Positions 58,264 through 64,000 of a DNA stretch of 64,000 nt are shown here, piece by piece. A model generated the notes under the pieces. It was not told the DNA's origin, did no database searches, and saw only the letters and a list, made by a program, of their open reading frames with translations. This stretch comes from Candidatus Levyibacteriota bacterium (GTDB taxonomy: Bacteria > Patescibacteriota > Microgenomatia > Levybacterales > UBA12049), in NCBI GenBank assembly GCA_016214555.1, contig JACROF010000002.1:69416-133415 (forward strand). The letters are read 5' to 3'. Numbering within the stretch: the stretch's first letter is position 1; every line of letters begins with the position of its first letter. Position numbers and translations under genes: made by a program.

Positions 58264-58336
58264 TGGACCCTGCAAGGCTCGAACTCGCGACATCTTCAGT
58301 GTAAATGAAGCGCTCTACCAACTGAGCTAAGGGTCC
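58264..58336 (-). tRNA. tRNA-Val(TAC)
   Basis: CTTCA-TTTACAC-TGAAG arm. Confidence 0.95.
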
Positions 58337-58439
58337 AGGTAGTGTCGGGCGGATCTAATCGTCCGAAAACAAGTCTGTCTATTATATACAAATCATAGAA
58401 GAATTATCAATAAAAAGGGGAGGCATTGCCTCCCCAGAA

Positions 58440-58736
58440 TTAGATTCTCATGTCTTTATCGCAATCAGGACAGTTGGTTGCGCCACTTGGCGTCAGTTTA
58501 TGCGGACATTTTGCAACAAGCTCCTCAATACGTCTTGTCAGTCTTCGCTCTTGTGCGTCCATAATGCGTTTTTCACTTCTTATTTTTTTGAGTCGAACTC
58601 TCGCATCAAGAAGCTCATTTCGCTCACGGACTGTTAGCCGTGGTCTCTTACGAAGTTTATTTCGTCGCTTTATTTCACTATACCCTGAGTCATACATCGT
58701 ATTACTCCGACTAAACCAACGCGACATTTCGCACAA
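58440..58736 (-). CDS. Small basic protein with CPH..CPDC motif
   Basis: Coiled coil plus Cys motif; terminator downstream. Confidence 0.55.
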   Translation of the reverse strand: MCEMSRWFSRSNTMYDSGYSEIKRRNKLRKRPRLTVRERNELLDARVRLKKIRSEKRIMDAQERRLTRRIEELVAKCPHKLTPSGATNCPDCDKDMRI

Positions 58737-58936
58737 GGATTATAACACAGGGGAAGATCTCACCAAAAAACCATAAGAAATTAATAACTATAAAAATTAG
58801 TACACAGAAAGAGTCTTACGAAGCTTAGAAATTTTTGAAAGTGTTTAGGAGAGATATACAGAAAATAGTGTTTTATATAAATATTCCCGCTCGCCACATG
58901 GGCGAGCGGGACGAAGCAGCGATTGCTGCTGAATAA

Positions 58937-59599
58937 CTACTGGTCAGGAAAATCGTCAGTGGGAGCGCCTTTTGCATCGGACTCCGCATTGATCGCATCG
59001 ACATCGATGACGCCATTATCTGACGTATCGGTGTTGAGGTGGTGCACGTAATAGAATCCATTTGCTGGATTTTGAACAAGCTCCACCGGGTCGCTGTACA
59101 CGTGAGCGTACTCTTCGACCTGCTCGACGTGATATTTACCGTTTCTGAGGCAGACCACATCAGTTTGTGAGGACACTACGAGATCTTTGTAAAGACCGTC
59201 TGTGTCCGGCTGTCCCATAGCAAGTGTCTCATTGGCATCATGGCCGTTGTCGACCTGCTTTGGGTACTGGTTGTTGGTCGGCGATACACCAAATGGTAGT
59301 CCATACCCCCGGCTTTCGCACATGTCAACAGCACCCACTCCTTCGAGATAAAAGACCGTCCAGGTCGTTGACAACTTGGAGATCTTCATATCGTCGATTT
59401 GCTGCTTCAGAGCCCTTGGGGCGCTGAAAGGGTAGAAGTGGAATCGTTGATTCTCGAAGTACCACTTGTTCTGGATGCCAACGAGATCGTTGACATCATC
59501 GTCCACGCCGGCCGCCGCAGTGAGCGTTGGCAGCATGACGATCGTCAATAGGATCACGAACGCATTTCTCCAGGAGAAAATCTTTGCTTTCACTGTCAC
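58937..59599 (-). CDS. Secreted hypothetical protein
   Basis: Signal peptide; SRGYGLP..TN..QPDTDGLY; AAGGAG SD. Confidence 0.7.
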   Translation of the reverse strand: MTVKAKIFSWRNAFVILLTIVMLPTLTAAAGVDDDVNDLVGIQNKWYFENQRFHFYPFSAPRALKQQIDDMKISKLSTTWTVFYLEGVGAVDMCESRGYGLPFGVSPTNNQYPKQVDNGHDANETLAMGQPDTDGLYKDLVVSSQTDVVCLRNGKYHVEQVEEYAHVYSDPVELVQNPANGFYYVHHLNTDTSDNGVIDVDAINAESDAKGAPTDDFPDQ

Positions 59600-59634
59600 T
59601 CCTTCTTTTGTTGAAGCGTCCGTTCAGGATGTCG

Positions 59635-60075
59635 CTACTTGCGACATCCGTGCAGATTCATGAGCGTAATCGCTCGAGGCGAAACGTACTGGTGAAGATC
59701 TTCATCATCGAGAGTCACAGCAGCAGCGCACATGTACTCAACGTCGTATTTTTGTGACGTTGACCACGTCGCTGGCTCGGACTCATCGAATCCCTGAACA
59801 GTCGGCGCGAGAAGGTCAAAGTCTTGGAGGAATCCATCAATTTCAGCCTTGCGGGCCAAAACCCAGTCAAGCTGCTTGATGATGCCCTCTGTTCTGACGT
59901 CTTCTCGTTCATTTCTGGCTCCTTGAAGCCAGGTGTCGATCTTGATCACACCGAATGCCTGAAGGCCTCCGAGACCAAGAGCGAATACGGATAGAATGAT
60001 CAAGATGATCATCCATCCAGCAATGCCTGGTGTATCTTTTACACCCGGCCCAAAGACTACTCTGTCCTGACGCAC
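59635..60075 (-). CDS. Single-TM hypothetical protein
   Basis: AGGAG SD; N-terminal TM; co-oriented with the next gene. Confidence 0.7.
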   Translation of the reverse strand: MRQDRVVFGPGVKDTPGIAGWMIILIILSVFALGLGGLQAFGVIKIDTWLQGARNEREDVRTEGIIKQLDWVLARKAEIDGFLQDFDLLAPTVQGFDESEPATWSTSQKYDVEYMCAAAVTLDDEDLHQYVSPRAITLMNLHGCRK

Positions 60076-60360
60076 ACCGTTCTCCTAACTACTGACCCTA
60101 TGGTTTACGCCCATGCGAAAACCTAGAGACCAGATACCACTCGACAAAATATTATCAAGTCGGATCTGGTCATAGAGACGCAGCTGAAGGAGAAGTTCTG
60201 TATATCTTATTAAAGATCGCACTGTAAATAACAATGCACTTAATATTATACAGTATTTTTATCTTTTTTGCAATATTATAGGCTATTTGTAATAAAAGGA
60301 GTATGGCTGGGAAAGGTGCGAAATCCCCGTAGAGAAAACCCTCAGGAAGCGAAAGACTTG

Positions 60361-60443
60361 TGCGGATGAGAGGAGTTGAACCTCCACACCCTTGCGGGCA
60401 CTACCACCTCAAGGTAGCGTGTATACCATTTCACCACATCCGC
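60361..60443 (-). tRNA. tRNA-Leu(GAG)
   Basis: CTACC-TTGAGGT-GGTAG arm; long variable arm. Confidence 0.95.
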
Positions 60444-60631
60444 TCGTCAAAGCTCGATTTTACCCCTTCATCCCGATCTAATCGGGATTTTGGATGCCAA
60501 TCGGCTTCTCCTCTCAAAATGCTTTGCATTTTGGAATAAAAAACAATTACTGAATTATAACAAACTTGATCGCTATTGACTAGAAAGCCAAAAAAAATCC
60601 CGCGTACGTTAGTACGCGGGAATGGTAAGTC

Positions 60632-61039
60632 TCAAGTCCGTTGAGGCCGAGTGATAGGGTAAATATCAACGAAATCAACCCAAAACTCTGTAGTCAATTT
60701 TTTCTTAAGAGCTGCCAACTTCTCGCTGGCCTCTTCGTTTCGAGGGTCATTCTCAATAAGTGCCCACGGGCCATGCTCAGGTGACAGTGTAAAAGAGAGC
60801 CACCCTGCAAAAACCTGAGGGAGTCTCACATCATGCCTCCTAAGCCAAAACCACCGAGGATTTCTCCTCGAGACGTATTTGGCAGGACCAAAACAAAAAG
60901 GAAACCAAAAAGAGCCATCTGCCATCACACGATAAAATGCTTTTTCTTTCTCAGGAACTTGATCGTATCCCTGCTCGCGCATGAAATCCACTACATCCTG
61001 AGGAGTAAAATCCTTTTGCGGCAAAATAAGCTTGTCCAC
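60632..61039 (-). CDS. Hypothetical protein
   Basis: GGAGG SD; promoter upstream and terminator downstream. Confidence 0.65.
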   Translation of the reverse strand: MDKLILPQKDFTPQDVVDFMREQGYDQVPEKEKAFYRVMADGSFWFPFCFGPAKYVSRRNPRWFWLRRHDVRLPQVFAGWLSFTLSPEHGPWALIENDPRNEEASEKLAALKKKLTTEFWVDFVDIYPITRPQRT

Positions 61040-61110
61040 TTTTTCCTCCGTTTTTTAACGTGCTAATTGACTGTGGGGATTATATCCTTATAGGATAGGA
61101 GAGTCAACTG

Positions 61111-61226
61111 TGCCCAGAAGGAGACTCGAACTCCTCGTCTTGCAGCACTGACACCCGAGCCAGCGTGTCAATCCACCTCGGCTTAAGGTGTAGCCGAGTC
61201 GAGACAGGATACTTCACTATATGGGC
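61111..61226 (-). pseudogene. Degenerate tRNA-Leu (probably CAG-derived) with ~41-nt hairpin insert in the D loop
   Basis: GCCCATA..TCTGGGCA acceptor, intact T arm, 6-nt anticodon loop, insert at 61170-61210. Confidence 0.75.
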
Positions 61227-61308
61227 TTATCAAGAATATTTCACGACTGAAACAAAGTTGAGGCTAACTTGACAACAAAATCATAATTTGTCATGATAAA
61301 AAATACTC

Positions 61309-61710
61309 ATGAGAAAGTTACTACTGCTCTCAACTTTCTTTTCGATTACACCTCTTTTCCTTGTCGTTCTTCTGACATCGCTTGTTTTTGTCACCAAAAA
61401 TGCAGATCGAAAAGAGATAGCAAATGCAAAAAAAACCAAAGTAGCTTTCGCTGCACTTCCAACCGCACAAAATGTCTTTGAAGATACTATAAAAGCATCT
61501 GATGCCCGCGTAGAAATACTTACGCAGTTTTTTTTTTTTTTTTTTGACAACTATCCACAGGCTATAGCGACCATCTCCAAAACCCTTGCTGAAAAATATC
61601 GTGATGCAAATGGCCTAGTAACACCCGATCAAATTCAAAAAATGTACACACCTTCTAGTAATGGCTCATGGGCAAACGGTGTAAATCACTTTATTGAAGT
61701 ACTTCAGTAA
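61309..61710 (+). pseudogene. Glucosaminidase-like cell-wall protein with internal deletion at a poly-T run (possible assembly artefact)
   Basis: Paralogous ends to 62012-62560; the middle is replaced by an ~18-nt T run. Confidence 0.6.
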
Positions 61711-61864
61711 AAAATTGATCATAAAAAATGTTCATATAGCCTCAGCACTCACACTTTAATCACATAATTATCTCAATACCTCTTGACAAACCTATAGTCA
61801 TTTGCTATACTACCACACAGATCCTGAGGTTTGTTTTCCAACACAGACGTCAGGATACAAAAGG

Positions 61865-61897
61865 ATCCTAATGATATAACTCGTTAGGATTTTTTTT
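61865..61897 (+). terminator. Leader terminator upstream of the glucosaminidase-like gene
   Basis: ATCCTAATGA..TCGTTAGGAT plus T run, after TTGACA-17bp-TATACT. Confidence 0.65.
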
Positions 61898-62011
61898 ATC
61901 TTCAATTTCCTTTTAAATCTTCAGGAATATTCTCCTATACTTCGTATTTTTTGTAAGCGAGGAAGACTTATAACATCCTCACTCACAAAATTTATGAGAA
62001 AGACAGAAGCT

Positions 62012-62560
62012 ATGAAAAAAATAATTGTAACAATCACGGTAGCAATCCTTTTACTCCTTGCTGCTCCAACGTCTTATGCTAAAGACGAAATAGCGGCTTC
62101 TTCTGCTGCGCTTATCAGCCATGTTGAAGGAGATACAGAGGATAATCGCGTGACTCATCTTACTGAATATCTTAAGACCAAAAATTCACCTTTGGTGGAT
62201 TCAGCTGCAACGTTTGTTCAGGAAGCCGATAAATACCAGCTTGACTGGAAATTCGTCGCGGCTATCTCAGGACTTGAGTCAAGCTTTGGAAAGCATATTC
62301 CTGCTTATTCGTATAACGGATGGGGTTGGGGAGTGTATGGTGATAATGTCATGCGATTTTCTTCGTGGGATGAAGCTATTAGTACTATCTCACAGGGTCT
62401 TCGTGAGAATTATATCAACAAGGGCGCAACTGATATTGATAGTATAGGTAAAAGATATGCTGCAAGTCCTACATGGGCACAGCGAGTTAGTTATTTTATG
62501 AGAGAGATTGAGCGATTTGAAAAAAAGATCACAACTAACACTCTTTCCCTTTCTATCTAA
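62012..62560 (+). CDS. Secreted glucosaminidase/lysozyme-like cell-wall hydrolase
   Basis: SPL..FV..AD...AISGLESSFGK..YNGWGWG..WAQRV. Confidence 0.8.
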   Translation: MKKIIVTITVAILLLLAAPTSYAKDEIAASSAALISHVEGDTEDNRVTHLTEYLKTKNSPLVDSAATFVQEADKYQLDWKFVAAISGLESSFGKHIPAYSYNGWGWGVYGDNVMRFSSWDEAISTISQGLRENYINKGATDIDSIGKRYAASPTWAQRVSYFMREIERFEKKITTNTLSLSI

Positions 62561-62590
62561 TTGCCGTATAATTAACAACACTTTATAGTT

Positions 62591-62685
62591 GCGCGCCGCG
62601 AGGCTCGCTTGGGAATTACCCGAGCAGCGCAACCTTAAAGGGAAATCGTTGGGAAAAACCGCGAGGTTTGTCCCACGCAGCGCGC
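62591..62685 (+). ncRNA. Candidate structured RNA abutting tRNA-Leu
   Basis: GC-rich closing stem enclosing hairpins, one with a GCGA tetraloop. Confidence 0.5.
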
Positions 62686-62770
62686 GCGGATGTGGTGAAA
62701 TGGTAGACACGCTGGTTTTAGGAACCAGTGCCTAAACAGCATGGGGGTTCGAGTCCCTTCATCCGCACCA
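62686..62770 (+). tRNA. tRNA-Leu(TAG)
   Basis: CTGGT-TTTAGGA-ACCAG arm; encoded CCA. Confidence 0.96.
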
Positions 62771-62862
62771 ATACCTCCTCTAATCCACTAACATCCTGTA
62801 ATATGTTATAATTCCCGGATCGCACACGATGTGTGTGCACTAGCACCTTAAGGAGGAATAAC

Positions 62863-63495
62863 ATGCTCGTAACACGTAATGAAGCTCAAGCTACATTTAC
62901 CCTTATTCCGCAATCAGCGGATGAGGATAGGAAAGTAGAAAGAGTTTTAAGAAGTGTTGCCCCTAAAAGTAGACTTACATATGGAGGCAGGGATTCTGAC
63001 GCAAGTGGACGAAGTACCAGAGTTACATTTTCTGGCTTCGATATTACTGTCCCACCCGCTGAAAATGAGCCTTTCATCGATCAAATTCGAAATATAGCCT
63101 ATTTTGGAGCTGGCCTTCACCTTCTTGGAGAAACCACCACAGATAATGGCCGCATAGCGCTTCTTGTCACTGGTGGATTTTGCAAAGTTTGCGGTGGCAA
63201 TATCATTGAGTGGGGACGTTCCGAGTGGGCTACCTGCTCTGCATGCGTTCAGAAATGCCAGCACCAGTATGAAAAAGGTGCAGTGCATGGAGGAAATGTA
63301 GATATTGGAGTAGGTTTGTTTTGTGGAATTTGTGGCGTTGCAAAACCACGTGACCCAGACGAGGCTGTGATGATGCAAGCAGATCGTCATCAGGCCGTTT
63401 CAGACGAGCTGGGAATCCTAGTCGCAACGGAGCTAACAGAAGAGGTTCTTCTGGAGGCTATTGCGCTCGCAAAGGAGCATGCGCGAGCAGCATGA
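62863..63495 (+). CDS. Hypothetical Cys-rich (zinc-binding) protein
   Basis: AGGAGG SD; CKVC, CSAC, CQH and CGIC motifs. Confidence 0.7.
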   Translation: MLVTRNEAQATFTLIPQSADEDRKVERVLRSVAPKSRLTYGGRDSDASGRSTRVTFSGFDITVPPAENEPFIDQIRNIAYFGAGLHLLGETTTDNGRIALLVTGGFCKVCGGNIIEWGRSEWATCSACVQKCQHQYEKGAVHGGNVDIGVGLFCGICGVAKPRDPDEAVMMQADRHQAVSDELGILVATELTEEVLLEAIALAKEHARAA

Positions 63496-63566
63496 TCATC
63501 TGGGGACACGACGAAAGTACGGTCCCCACTTTCTCTTAACCTTATTTCTATGGTATACTACTCCTC

Positions 63567-64000
63567 ATGAAATCAGTCTTAACACGCCACGAAGACGGCA
63601 CTATAGATCTTCACATCACCATCCCACATACAAAAATCAAAGAAACTTTAGAAAAATCACTCCAGCACATGATAAAGACTGCAAAAATTCCAGGCTTTCG
63701 CCCTGGTAAGGCTCCTAAGAAAGTCGTTGAGGAGTCAATCAACAAATCAAAATTACAAGAAGAAGTACTCAAAGAGCTTATCCCATCAGCATATATTGAT
63801 GCCGTCAAAGAGCATGACCTCAAGCCAATCATCAATCCAAGAGTCAATGTTGAAAAAGTAGAAGAAGGAAAAGATTGGGAATTTGTCGCAACAACTTGTG
63901 AATTGCCGAAAGTCACTATGGGAGATTACAAAAAGAAAGTTGCCGCATTTACAGCAAAAAATAAAATTGCTATTCCTGGAAAAGAACAAGAAAAACCATC
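63567..64000 (+). CDS. tig: Trigger factor (5' part, runs off window)
   Basis: KIPGFRPGKAP ribosome-binding signature. Confidence 0.92.
   Translation, partial: MKSVLTRHEDGTIDLHITIPHTKIKETLEKSLQHMIKTAKIPGFRPGKAPKKVVEESINKSKLQEEVLKELIPSAYIDAVKEHDLKPIINPRVNVEKVEEGKDWEFVATTCELPKVTMGDYKKKVAAFTAKNKIAIPGKEQEKP

Noticed and set aside
61528-61545. Poly-T tract as a phase-variable switch
   Set aside because: It replaces a whole conserved segment present in the neighbouring paralogue, which fits an assembly gap better; read data are needed.
50300-63500. Prophage or integrative element
   Set aside because: No integrase, terminase, structural or replication genes; accessory genes are interspersed with host tRNAs.

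Overview
This is a 64-kb AT-rich bacterial chromosome segment. Its gene content and style (many leaderless genes, dispersed tRNAs mostly lacking encoded CCA, many ORFans) suggest a CPR/Patescibacteria genome, probably Microgenomates; that assignment is inference. It contains 11 intact tRNAs plus tRNA fragments, envelope and housekeeping genes (murL, purD, dacA-like, uppP, an RND pair, glycosyltransferases, mntP, rlmB, sod, a two-component system, tig), and a tRNA-dense accessory region at about 50-63.5 kb. Four things stand out. (1) A 12-kb extracellular fibre/matrix locus (20.1-32.4 kb) is made of two convergent operons: TasA/SipW/RTX genes, and four paralogous Asn/Gly/Thr repeat proteins with a sortase. 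Both long leaders carry the same 19-nt motif (GCYGRCCGT-N2-ACGGAGGC) ahead of tandem terminators, and a DUF2292/YezD-like small gene lies next to one copy, suggesting an undescribed antitermination system. (2) Duplicated tRNA fragments interrupted by ~40-nt hairpin inserts recur at several tRNA genes, two of which have a small GIY-YIG nuclease beside them. (3) A clean type III hammerhead ribozyme sits at 52690-52740. (4) Two unassigned structured ncRNA candidates lie at about 57621-57767 and 62591-62685. All calls were made by eye without database searches.
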